Shown: piece after piece, positions 47,401 through 57,729 of the stretch
Numbering within the stretch: the stretch's first letter is position 1
Layout of the letters: each line of letters opens with the position of its first letter
Source: Branchiostoma belcheri
Taxonomy: Eukaryota
Reading direction: 5' to 3'
DNA: 64,000 nt
NCBI RefSeq assembly: GCF_001625305.1
Contig: NW_017802379.1
Coordinates: forward strand, 4,393,479 to 4,457,478
The notes under the pieces: model-generated
Seen by the model: only the letters and a program-made list of their open reading frames with translations
What the model was told of the DNA's origin: nothing
The model's database searches: none
Program-made: the position numbers and the translations under genes

Positions 47401-49351
47401 TTCGTCTGCAAAGCCATTCCAGGCTGGAAGGCAATCATATTGAGATTTCTTTGTTGATCTACATGCTTACTTCCATACACGAAAATACATCAAATAAATG
47501 ACATGACAACACAGTTGGTTCTCAATACACCATAGTATATTTTTTTCGGCTGCACCATTTTGTATCAGACACATCTACCAGTATCAATCATCTTTTCGTT
47601 CAGATCATTCAGATGTAGCGTTACATTGGATGCCATGAACATATTCATGCCATATTGTGTTTTATTCCATTTCCTTCATCACTGGCCTATTTTCGGCATT
47701 TCAGTACCAAAACCTCTTGATGGAAGTACAATCCCTTGTTCCAGTTTCCTAACTAATAATGTAACTAATGCCACCGTATGAAGTATTGCAACCGAGCAGT
47801 CCAAAGCATCAAGCAAAGTATGCCACAATCATATTTGTATGGCTCATATCAAGACTTATAAATAAGACAAAATGTTCCTCCATCATCTTCAGACAATTCA
47901 ATAAAAAATAACAACTGGCATTGTCTGTCATTTTCTTCTTAACCAAAAATGGATTGACGATTTCCTTTTTCCAAGAACGTCATTACCTGTGCCTTTTAGC
48001 AGCCTTTTACAATATGTCTAGCTGTTTTAGTTCTGCTTACAGTTTTGTCCAAATTACAATCTTGTGTTGTCTTACAGCTTTTGACATACAGCATATAACA
48101 GATCTTACCATGTTGCCTAGCATACACTCATTTCAAGGCTGCACAATGCTTGCATTACTGGCTCACCTTCACAATACTTGGTCACACACATGGACATACA
48201 CTTGCAGATTTGACATGGCTGTACAATGATATCATGGTACACGAATGTAGAACATGTTCCGCTTGCTGTATCTCTGGTATGGCTTGGCACACTGATTTCC
48301 ATACAAAACCCCTATGGACTAGTCAACACCACTGACTTAAGACTGACTTAAGACTGATACTTGATATCCCAAACCTCAACAATGGTCATACACTGTGACT
48401 TAAATAAGCAACCTAAACCGTATGGAGGCACTTCCTAGAACCAAGTGATGTCTTGGTACACTACCAGTAATAATATAGTTACTTAGTAACTGTTGACAGT
48501 ACAGCAGAATGAACTAATACATTGGCTGATAAAAATTGGAAAGATTTTTTTACGTGGATTTTGATTGACGGTCAATCTTAATTCCAAAAGTATATACATG
48601 AATAACCTGTGACAAAAAAATTGTTAGATAGGATATGAAGAAGGCCAGTGGGTTGAAGAGTCCAATTTGAAAGGTTTCAGTAGAATTTCCTAGTTTAAGT
48701 CCGCAAAGAGGACTCCTGGTAGTGAACTGTCAATACCATGATAACAGTAACTGAGTCAGTTACTGTTATCGTCGTAGTGAGAATGATATGTCTGGGAAAT
48801 TTGGAAGCAGTGATTTTTATCTACACGAACCTATCTACATCAAGATAAGCAACCAACAGAACAATCAGATAACTCTTGTCACTTCAAATTTATTCCGTAA
48901 TTCTTTTTTTTTCTCTTCAATTTCCTACAACTCCACACCACACTATGTAATAGCTCCATCATTCTCACTTTTGACTTTTATAGTACAGTACTATTTGAAG
49001 AGCTTTCCATATTAAAGGAGGCTTCTGTTTGCCATTGCACTTGCTTCAAGTAAATTCATTTTCACTTCAGACTCTTTTCTTTCCAAATTTGAAGTGAACA
49101 CATAAATTGTTTCAACTGACTTGCATGAACGGCTTTGGAGCTTGCTTTGCTTTGCAATCAATCAATAAATCATTTGCAGGTTTCAAGTTTAACTTTTCTT
49201 GTGCCTACCGACCAAGCATGGTAAGTCATACATGTACAGAACACACAGCTTCCTGCTGTATTTGCGTTTTACTTTTTTTACTTCTCATTTGTTGCGATGA
49301 CTAACATTTGCGGCATGACTGGTCACGTCAACACTGGCACCATGCAACACG

Positions 49352-49449
49352 TCACTTGTAGTGGATGACAGAGGTGGAGAATAACAGCTTCTTTTTATTT
49401 TTGTTCTTCTTCTTCTTTCCTCCTGATGTCTGGGCTTCAGTTGATGCTT
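49352..49449 (-). CDS. RNF10: RNF10 exon 18 (terminal coding exon, stop 49352-49354)
   Basis: Encodes (E)[31 protein letters not shown]-stop. Compare the human C-terminus [25 protein letters not shown]. Acceptor is ttcacag|AA. Confidence 0.85.
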
Positions 49450-52400
49450 CTGTGAAAAAAATAAAAACTTTATTTTTCTGCCAAACATTTACTAAGCATG
49501 ATAAAGAACAAACTCTCAAAACTATGCTATCTCAAATTTAACTTTCTCGAACAGTAATGTTTATGAAGATTAGACAATACAAGCCCCAGATGTATTGTGC
49601 AAGCACGTCTAACCCTCGGAAGACGGGGAACAACAGACGATAAACCGGACAGTGAGTGTGAGTGTGAGTGAAACTCGATTACTGGATAAAATTCAGAGAC
49701 CTTTGTCATTCTGCCTGTCAATCTTCCCCAAATCTATCAAGACAAACAGACACACAAACCATCAGCTCAGCCACCCAAATCAATACTTCCATACCCGTAT
49801 TCTACAGAGTAACATTTCTGTGGTTTTACCTGCAGATCCGTCTAGGTTGCCTAGAGCCTGTGCGATGGCCTCGCTGAAGGAGTTCTGGTATGTCGGCGCG
49901 GGAACCCAGTCCTCGCCCGGCTCATCGTCCTCGCTGTCTGCACTGCTGCGAGACTTACGGACTGGTTCAACTGTAGAAAAGTAGCAGTGTTTATTCATCT
50001 TGTCTATTCATGTTTTATTAAGCCAGGGTGGCCCATCTCAGTGGTATTCACTGCTTTATAGTTGGGCCCTGGAAAACACATATATTACATATAAATTTGA
50101 GTCCAGTATTCTACTGTGGATTTTCAATCTCAAAACAGTTTTCATGCATATATAGGAAACTACAAACCGTGGAAACTACAGCTACACAAACCACTCAAGA
50201 CTTACCTTTTTGTTCCTTGGCTACTGCTGCTCGTGGCCAAACCTCTGGCTTAGCTTGGCCTGACCTCAACATCTGTAACAGATCCGGAAACAGAATAAGT
50301 GTCATGTAGAATGAGGACTATAACTATTCAGTGATGTTGAGATAGTCAGCAGGTGGATTAACTACAGCAACAAGAGTGTACTTTACCTGAGCGAATGATG
50401 GAGGTGGTGGGTAGAATGGCGATGTGTCCTCGGGTGCTGCTTCAGCTGCAGCTGCAGCACCTGCTGCTCCTGGCACAAACTCCACTGCAGCAGGGTTCAA
50501 GTTCGAACCTACAGTACAAAAAAGTAAAGGAATTAATTCATCTTCAATAAACCATTCTTTTAGTCCCCTTGTTCATTTTTGTGTGAGTCAGCAAGGAACA
50601 AGAAGAAATCAGAGAATTTTTCTAACCTTTAAGTACATCCTATTTCCTGTGTCTGACCTTATGACTTGTCATTCTGCCTGACAATCTTCCTCATCAACAT
50701 GCTATCAACATACTCTGTCCTGACAGACACACAAGCCCACAACTCTGCCTCCCAAAAACAATACTTCCATACCCACAAATACAAAAAAATGATTGCCATT
50801 CAAACAATCAACACAGAAGATATTAAGTGTACGCCCCACTGACCTGGTGATCCTATAGGAGTCTGGACAGAAGAAGAGGATGCGGACCCAGGGCTCTGAG
50901 ACAGCTCGGGTTCCCGGTTCTGTGGGTACAGGGGGTTCCGCCACTCTGGGAACTCATGTCTGCTCTCCAGGGCAGATCGCAGGTCAGGGTCTACGTCACC
51001 AACAAGGAAATACAAGTTTATAACATGTCCAGACCCCAATACCGGTACTACTTGACTGCAAAGACAGACAGGTTCGATTTACCAAATGTTGACATGCTCA
51101 TGAACAGAACTTCAGTGCCTGACATACATTTTCCCAGCATCTTCTTGGACTCCTCCTCAGAGATCCTGCGGTCTCGCCGCTGCTCCTGACGGTGCCTCTT
51201 GGCCCGAGCCTGCTTCCTCTTCTGAATTTCATCTGGGGAAACAGATAGAGTTAACTTATTGTCTTTGTGAGCACCAATTTAGAAACACCCTTTTCCTCTG
51301 TGGTTTAAGAACCACACGAAGAAGCCACAAGGAATTACTGGAATTCCTGATTTTTTTTACTAGTACATTCACTGTTTTCACTGTCAAAAATCATTATCTT
51401 TCGCCCATTCCCGGGCCCCCCTCCCCTGCCATTGCCACCACTATGTTTAGTTCCATGGCTGTGTGCATTTTCTTCAGACAATGAAATTTTGCTACTGTCA
51501 AGACAAAGTAAATTACAGTATCTCACCATCAAAAAAGCGCAGAGTTGCCCGGGACACCAGCGGAGGTTTGAGAGCCAGCTCGCACACACTGAACTCACAG
51601 GTCAGCGGCAGGTGGCTCAGGTAACGCAGACGTCTGCGCACATCCTGCAAAGTCAACAACATCCATCTTTAATTTCTCTAACTAATCCAAAAGATTCTCT
51701 TACTGTTAAGGGCCTGGTAATACACATTGTGCAAAACAAATAAACAACAAACATACTCACTTCTGTGGTGAATTCTTGGTCTATCTCCACAATCTTGCCA
51801 CTGATTATTTCAGGGCAGTTCTCCAGACTTCCATACTCCTGCAACAATATACAGAACATCAACTCAGAAACTAGTCCTCACATCTGTCAAGTATTACCTC
51901 AACTTGACAAGTATCCTAGAAAGACAGCGTACAGATCATCAGAATTCAAACTGGGAACATTGCAGCATTTCAAGCACCCAACATTGAAATGGCAAACTAC
52001 TGAATACCACGAAAGAAGCTGTATCATATCTCTACTTTTCCAATGGCATTTATAAAAGTGTGATCTTACCTTGACAAGGCACTTGATGTTCAGAGAGTAA
52101 AGGTATAAGTGCTGGCCATCGTCAGCTGCAGTGGGTAGAAAAAAACAAGTACACAACAACGATAATAAACAGACTTGACATATAAAAAAGCAGTATTGAT
52201 ATGTTTCTGGCTTAGAGAGAAGAGATGTTGTTCCATGAATTCCAAATTAGTTCTGTCTCTAAACTGAGCAAATTTGTTAAGACAAATTTCCCAAGGCCAG
52301 TTTCTACATTGCAGACAGCTTAATTAAAAGATGTTTCATACCTTGGTAGAAATAAAAGAAGTTCTTGGCCCCATAAGGGAGGCTGGTTGCCTCATGACCA

Positions 52401-55400
52401 GCTGTTGCTCCCTGACAAGAGGGGGCATCGGAGCTGGCCGTAATTTCTTCTGACTCTTCTTTCTCATTAACACTCTGGTCCAAAACGTCTTGGTTCTGAA
52501 ACTCAGAGAGGGCTGTAGGTTCTTCTGCTGGATTTAAGATGCCTTCAACAGCAGTGGGGGACAGTGGAGCTTCCCCAGCTGGCTCCAAGACACCTTCGAC
52601 AGCGATGGGAGAGAGTGGAGCCTCCGCAAGATCAGGATTCTCCATCTCTTCATCGGAGAAGGCTGATGCATACTCCACTGTAGGCTGAGGACACATTTGG
52701 ATCATGTTAGCATAGGTTAGGATGGGAGCTTGACTACATCATGCTTGTGGCAGCCCTTCCACTGGTCAGGCCCCCAGAAGCTTGATGGCCAATACCTTAA
52801 GTCAGGAGAATTAGGCGCATCTTAATCCTGTCGATTTATGCATGTGTGCTATCATGGACAAATAATTGTTAGACTGAGAATTGTGTTACCGTAGTGTTAA
52901 AGGCAGTGATGACTAGTGCCATCGACAAAATTTTGAGCTCCCATTGTACTACTTTCCATAGCTGATACAGAATCCTGAGCTGCTATTGGTAGTTCTGGGA
53001 ATGAGTCTCTCGAGTTAGAGGTATCTTGCCACAAGCTCTCATAGATGGGACCCAATCAGCCTGACTGTGAGAAATTATAACACAGGCTAATAACACAAGT
53101 GTTCAAACAATAGGTTTGTCGTGTAAAGTTTGACATTGATGTTTCACCTTGGTGGCCTGCCAGGTGTTCTCTGGAGGTTTGTCCTCCTGGCTGTCCTCCA
53201 CCTGCCCTCCCTCCTCTGTGCTCAGCCCAGCAGCTGCAGCTGCCAGCTGGCCCACCTGTGTCTCTGTGACAATCTTCTCTTCCCGTTCAGTCAGACTCTT
53301 CAGGGCTGCCTCAATGAAGCAAGCTTCTGGGCACTAAACATGTGTTAAATACATTAGTTCAGAATGGTTAAGAAGTATAGCAAAACAACTTGAATCCAAG
53401 ACTAAACTATGGTTAATGTAATTGCTGTTTATGTACTTACATCCTTCTCCTTTTCCAGTTGATCCTGTAACATGGCCTTCTCAGGACCAATGATCTGTTT
53501 GTGTACCTGGTCACTGGAGGCAACCAGGAGTTTCACAAAGCGAGTGTCCACTTCATCTGAAACAATAAATGAATGTTTTTCATGATTGCTTACAGGCAAA
53601 AGCACAAAAAATATCCCTATTATACTTCTGCATTTTGAGCTACATGTAACGAGACATAAACGATGCCTAATGAAAGTTGTGAGTAAAACATACACAAGGC
53701 TGTAACAAAGGGCTTTAATGTCCTATCTGTGAGATATTCACCATCTATGTTGAAAGGTTGAGTTCCTTTGTCTGCCTGCTGTTTCCACTGAGACACAGGC
53801 AGTGCCACGACAGACCCACGTTCACGTTTCATCAGCCGCATGGTGATGGTGCCACCAACAGCATACTGGGGAGCTGCCATCGCAACCACACTGGAAAGGT
53901 TTCACATTTCATAACATTAATATCTAATGGCACATCATATTGAGAGATTTAGAACTAGAAAGTCTGCATTTGCAAGCAAATTAAGCATATTTCACTCCAA
54001 CATCCTCATGCAAAAATGGACTGTACCATCCATATCAACATTTGTAAAAATGGACCATAGCAAAGTTACTTCTACCCTCAAGAGGACAATCCCAACACTA
54101 TCCCAAAATTGAAGAATGGACTCTTCCTGAAAACACTGCAATGCAAAATGGACTCCAAAAGTTTTAATTTTTAACATACTGAGACAATATTAGGTGCAAG
54201 GTGACACACGTGGCACAAGATAAACATACAGCAAAACTCAAGAGACCTTTTGAGGTCTGCCTTGTGGACAGCGTCGTAGCAGATCGGACACTTCCTCCAG
54301 GACTTGTCGGACAGTGCCAGGTAATGTAGGATACAGGGCCAGCAGTAGATGTGGCCACAGCGGGTGATCTTAGCCGCAGTGGGCGGGTACAGGCAGATGG
54401 GACACGAGGGCACCTCATTACTGAACAGGCGCTGCAACACAAAATGATATATTTAGAGTTTTGAGAATTTCTTGTTTTATTCATTATTGTGAACTTCTCT
54501 TTCTACCTGCTTCACTTAAAAACTGTGATAGAAAAACAACAACAGTATACAGATACAACTTAGTCTACAGATTAAGATGCAAAGATAAAATTCTCACCAC
54601 TTGTTCAATGCTGCTCCAGTCTACTAGAGTGTCTGGGTCTGCAGAGTGCACAGTGTAGTCCCCGGTATCACGCACCACAAACTGGCAGCTAAGAACAGAT
54701 AGCACACAATCAGCACCTAACTAACACCTTTTAAATTGTACAATCAAACATATACAAGTGACCTCTACAGAACAACCATCTGGCCAATAAGACCCATTTT
54801 TCAAAAGGTTTTGGTGGTCCTTAGATAATTTTTCCCATTGACACAAGATTAAGAATCCTGTCTACAGTGACCACTTGTCCACATAGACCAGAATTTATCA
54901 GTCCCCTTATTGGTCGTATGACAGGCATATCCATGAACAAACCTTAAGACACCATCACAATTCCTTACTTTGACTGAAGAAACTGCTCCTTATTGAAGGG
55001 GTGTGTGGCCCTTCCTTTGCGTCCCCACTTGTTTCTGCTCTTCCAGGAGGTGTGCTGCCCCCCTCCGTACTGAGAGGCATTCTCCCTCCGTTCGTAAGTG
55101 AAGTTGAGTAAATGGTTCAGGTTCATCTTCCGAGAACCCTTCTGCAAGGCTGAGCCCACCTCAGCCTCGCTCTCCTTCGCTACCTGTGGTTCATACAGAA
55201 ATTTACAATCTTTTTAAATGACAATCCATTCATAGCTTCTTGAGTTATCGTGAAAAAAAACACACAAAAAAAAACAACAACAGAAAAGTGACTACAGGGC
55301 ATGTGCCTACTCCTAGAATTTTTCTGAACCGGTCACATAATACTAGTATACTTAAAGGCTCTGCCCCAGAGGCATCACCAAAAACATATATAACATCAGA

Positions 55401-56686
55401 CATGTCTAGCAATAAAATGTAATGTGTTTTACCTTTTGGGTACATTCAGTAACAAGCAGAAATAAAATCATCTTTCAGCACTGTTGCATCAATCATACTA
55501 GTCAAACTGCACTCACTACTTCCCTATCAACAACCTAATATTGCATCACAATGACACAACATTCCACTAACCCACCTCGTCACATCTCCCGGGATTGTAA
55601 TCACTAGTATTGCATCTGGACCGTGGGCGCTTGTCAAAGGACCTGTCAAATGGCTTAGTCTTCTGTGTCTGAGGCCGCCTCCCCTGGCCCAGACCGCCGG
55701 GTCGCGGTCGGCTGCCATAGTTTGGTTCTCTCTTCCTGTCGTATTTGGGGCCTGTATTTCCTCGGCCTTTGCCATTCTCTGAAATAGTAAGTACAATGTA
55801 TTTGTATGTGTACATTTTGTACTTATGTTCACTGTAGCCACAAAAAAAGAAGAGATAGTCACTGAGTAAAATTTTTAGTCAGTACAGTATGATTTAACCA
55901 TGTTGGATTACAGTGTATGTCTTCTTATGTCTGTTAAAAATTCAACATGCTTCTGCTGTGACACACTTAATTACCCAACAACAATTCCTGCTGGATATTC
56001 AAATTATAATTACATTGTATTGTGACATCTAAGAAAAACCCCTATTCATTGTGTTTATCACAGGACCTATAGAAAACCAGTTACAGTCTTCTTTGTTGTT
56101 ACCGGTATACCCAGGTAGCACAGATTCAAAGTCCAAGGGGGTGTGTCCCTTACACCTGCTTCAGGTTTTGGGTCGGTCAGGGAAATTTGGATCTTTGAAA
56201 ATGACAACACGTTTGGTTCACACATCATGCACAGCATGTTATTATTTAGGCCGTAGGGTTGCGTTCACACGTAACAATCACTGCAACGACACACTTGAAG
56301 TCACGAAAACATCCGGGTTGGTATGCTGACTGTACAGTTTTCCAATCAACAGGTGCAGACCAGTACAGTATATGCGAGTTACACAAACACAATCCAGAGA
56401 AATTGTTTCAATCCAAGCAAAATATGTATCCTTTAATCGACAGTTTCATAATGACCCACTTCTTTAGAAGTATTTGAAAAAGAAATGAGAAGACAGAGTT
56501 GTTGTTTTTTTTTTCGTGACGACCATGACATGGCCTAAATATTTTTGTGTCGCCGTGTTGCGAACCAGCCGAAAACATACCTTGTTTTCCACTCTTATTC
56601 CCATCCTGCGATTGCCCCTTGGTGGGCCCTGCAGACGGAGAACGACCAGAAGACTTTCTTTCCATTTGTTCCGGAGTATCTACCAT
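49352..56686 (-). CDS. RNF10: RNF10 orthologue (RING finger protein 10), gene-level CDS span, 18 exons
   Basis: Colinear similarity to RNF10 along the whole protein. The RING reads [43 protein letters not shown]. Other matches are [61 protein letters not shown] and the C-terminal [13 protein letters not shown]-stop. All 17 introns have GT-AG boundaries and consistent phases. Confidence 0.9.
49690..49797 (+). repeat. SINE-like dispersed repeat copy (in RNF10 last intron)
   Basis: Contains GTCATTCTGCCTGTCAATCTTCCCC...CCACCCAAATCAATACTTCCATACC. Confidence 0.5.
49830..49970 (-). CDS. RNF10: RNF10 exon 17
   Basis: Encodes (V)[46 protein letters not shown](+1). Compare human [29 protein letters not shown]. 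Acceptor is tctacag|TT, donor CAG|GTAAAA. Confidence 0.85.
50206..50272 (-). CDS. RNF10: RNF10 exon 16
   Basis: Encodes [22 protein letters not shown](+1). Compare human MLRVGKAKADVWPKTAPKKDEN. Acceptor is ttacag|ATG, donor AAG|GTAAGT. Confidence 0.85.
50387..50508 (-). CDS. RNF10: RNF10 exon 15
   Basis: Encodes (G)[40 protein letters not shown]. Compare human SPFPSFAQ. Acceptor is ctgtag|GT, donor CAG|GTAAAG. Confidence 0.8.
50630..50783 (+). repeat. SINE-like dispersed repeat copy (in RNF10 intron 14)
   Basis: Contains TGTCATTCTGCCTGACAATCTTCC...CCCAAAAACAATACTTCCATACC. Confidence 0.5.
50844..50990 (-). CDS. RNF10: RNF10 exon 14
   Basis: Encodes (Y)[48 protein letters not shown](+1). Acceptor is acgtag|AC, donor CAG|GTCAGT. 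Confidence 0.75.
51128..51232 (-). CDS. RNF10: RNF10 exon 13
   Basis: Encodes (D)[34 protein letters not shown](+1). Compare human DDIEKRKRQRQKKAREERRRERR. Acceptor is ccccag|AT, donor AAT|GTATGT. Confidence 0.8.
51527..51644 (-). CDS. RNF10: RNF10 exon 12
   Basis: Encodes [39 protein letters not shown](+1). Compare human [28 protein letters not shown]. Acceptor is tttgcag|GAT, donor ATG|GTGAGA. Confidence 0.85.
51761..51838 (-). CDS. RNF10: RNF10 exon 11
   Basis: Encodes [26 protein letters not shown]. Compare human REYGSLERSPEKISATVVEI. Acceptor is gttgcag|GAG, donor GAA|GTGAGT. Confidence 0.85.
52070..52125 (-). CDS. RNF10: RNF10 exon 10
   Basis: Encodes (A)[18 protein letters not shown]. 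Compare human AEDGQHMFLHPVNVRCLV. Acceptor is ctgcag|CT, donor AAG|GTAAGA. Confidence 0.85.
52342..52684 (-). CDS. RNF10: RNF10 exon 9 (acidic, contains a 17-aa tandem duplication)
   Basis: Encodes [55 protein letters not shown]...[14 protein letters not shown](+1). Acceptor is cctcag|CCT, donor AAG|GTATGA. Compare human SPCYYFYQ. Confidence 0.8.
53148..53333 (-). CDS. RNF10: RNF10 exon 8
   Basis: Encodes [62 protein letters not shown]. Compare human PESCFIEAAIQELKTREE. Acceptor is gtttag|TGC, donor AAG|GTGAAA. Confidence 0.8.
53441..53556 (-). CDS. RNF10: RNF10 exon 7
   Basis: Encodes (D)[38 protein letters not shown]. Acceptor is tttcag|AT, donor GAT|GTAAGT. Confidence 0.85.
53742..53890 (-). 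CDS. RNF10: RNF10 exon 6
   Basis: Encodes (S)[49 protein letters not shown](+1). Acceptor is ttccag|T, donor ATG|GTGAAT. Confidence 0.85.
54247..54431 (-). CDS. RNF10: RNF10 exon 5 (RING finger)
   Basis: Encodes [61 protein letters not shown](+2). Acceptor is ttgcag|CGC, donor AG|GTCTCT. Confidence 0.9.
54598..54688 (-). CDS. RNF10: RNF10 exon 4
   Basis: Encodes (N)[30 protein letters not shown]. Matches human [31 protein letters not shown]. Acceptor is tcttag|C, donor GTG|GTGAGA. Confidence 0.85.
54969..55183 (-). CDS. RNF10: RNF10 exon 3
   Basis: Encodes [71 protein letters not shown](+2). Acceptor is ccacag|GTA, donor AA|GTAAGG. Confidence 0.85.
55576..55778 (-). CDS. RNF10: RNF10 exon 2
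   Basis: Encodes (E)[67 protein letters not shown]. Matches the RNF10 RYNRKRE...RRDE region. Acceptor is tttcag|AG, donor GAG|GTGGGT. Confidence 0.85.
56581..56686 (-). CDS. RNF10: RNF10 exon 1 (ATG 56684-56686)
   Basis: Encodes [35 protein letters not shown](+1). ATG context is tccATGG. Donor is AAG|GTATGT. A CpG promoter lies upstream. Confidence 0.8.
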
Positions 56687-56699
56687 GGACAATGAACGA

Positions 56700-57600
56700 C
56701 TTGGGCAAAAACGCCGCTCCAAATGTTGGAGAGACTCGACCAGCACTCGACTTCATCTTTTTACAGCTTCATCTTGACTCAACCTAGATACCCAAAAGAA
56801 AACAACTTCTCTCCAATGCAGAAGAGCAGTTGAATAATAAATTCAACGGGGTAGGAAGGAAAAGAATGCGAAGAAGTAACTGGGGGTGAATTGTCCCCCA
56901 ATTACACGCTTATTACCCCAAAATTTGGGGCAAAACACGGAGGAAAATTACAACTCTCCCTCCAAGATGGCGCTTCCCTGCCGGTATGTAAGTATCCCGG
57001 ATGTCTCGCGAGGTCTCGTCACAAAGACGTCTGCAGTTCTCGCGAGATAAAATACTGCGCCCTGATTGGCTGTCAACTGAGCGCAGAATTTCAAAGTTTG
57101 TTGATGCTGCTCCTGTGAAAACCACAAGGTCATTTCCTGCAGATTTCGCCGAATTTGTGGGTAAATGTTACATTCTATTCTAGTATCAAAGAGATCATGA
57201 GCATCAGAAAGTCCTAGAGTCGCTATTGATAGCGTCTTGATACTCAGATTGTATTTCAGAAGCTTCCAAATAGCTTGATAATTTTGATGCTCCTGTCTTG
57301 ACGTCTCTTTACTATGGCCTTTGGCTTTAGGCCTTTGGGGCTGCCCCGTGTGGAACAAATTATAGTACTTTTTCGTCCATTGCCTCACAAGTTAGTAGAC
57401 CGACAGATTTTAAGTAGAAAGATAGATATACGCTTTCTTGTAAAGAGTAGCCTTGCATCTTGTATGATAGGATTTATGCAGGCTGAAAATATGGTAATAC
57501 TAATGCTGTGGTATTTAAATTTTGGACACATGCATCACATATTAATATAATGCTTTGTTGCTAACTGTAAAGCATAATGTCCCATATCAATTCCTGCTCA
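56700..57600. promoter_or_regulatory. Bidirectional CpG-rich promoter region shared by RNF10 (minus) and the 57610 gene (plus)
   Basis: A head-to-head gene pair has its start codons 924 bp apart. Local CpG density is high relative to the flanks. Confidence 0.55.
57038..57047. promoter_or_regulatory. TCTCGCGAGA core promoter motif (perfect palindromic copy) in the RNF10 / plus-gene bidirectional promoter
   Basis: Exact TCTCGCGAGA at 57038-57047, with a second 9/10 copy TCTCGCGAGG at 57004-57013. An inverted CCAAT box (gattggctg) sits at 57064-57072. The region lies between the RNF10 ATG (56686, minus strand) and the plus-gene ATG (57610), and is CpG-rich. Confidence 0.6.
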
Positions 57601-57609
57601 GGTTAGATT

Positions 57610-57729
57610 ATGGAGCTGCTGAGTGAGTTTGACCCAGCCCTGCCTATGGGTGCTAACTACTGCAGTAACCAGCTGACAGCTGAGGAGTATGAACAGCAGG
57701 GGTCCGACGCCACCAGACAGGCACTTCTG
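57610..57729 (+). CDS. plus-gene exon 1
   Basis: Encodes MELLSEFDPALPMGANYCSNQLTAEEYEQQGSDATRQALL. Donor is CTG|GTAAAA. Confidence 0.7.

Noticed and set aside
56686-56746. Upstream extension of the RNF10 ORF (ORF track starts at 56746 with M)
   Set aside because: The codon at 56744-56746 is GTG, not ATG. The ORF-finder M is an alternative-start artefact. The first ATG in good context is 56684-56686.
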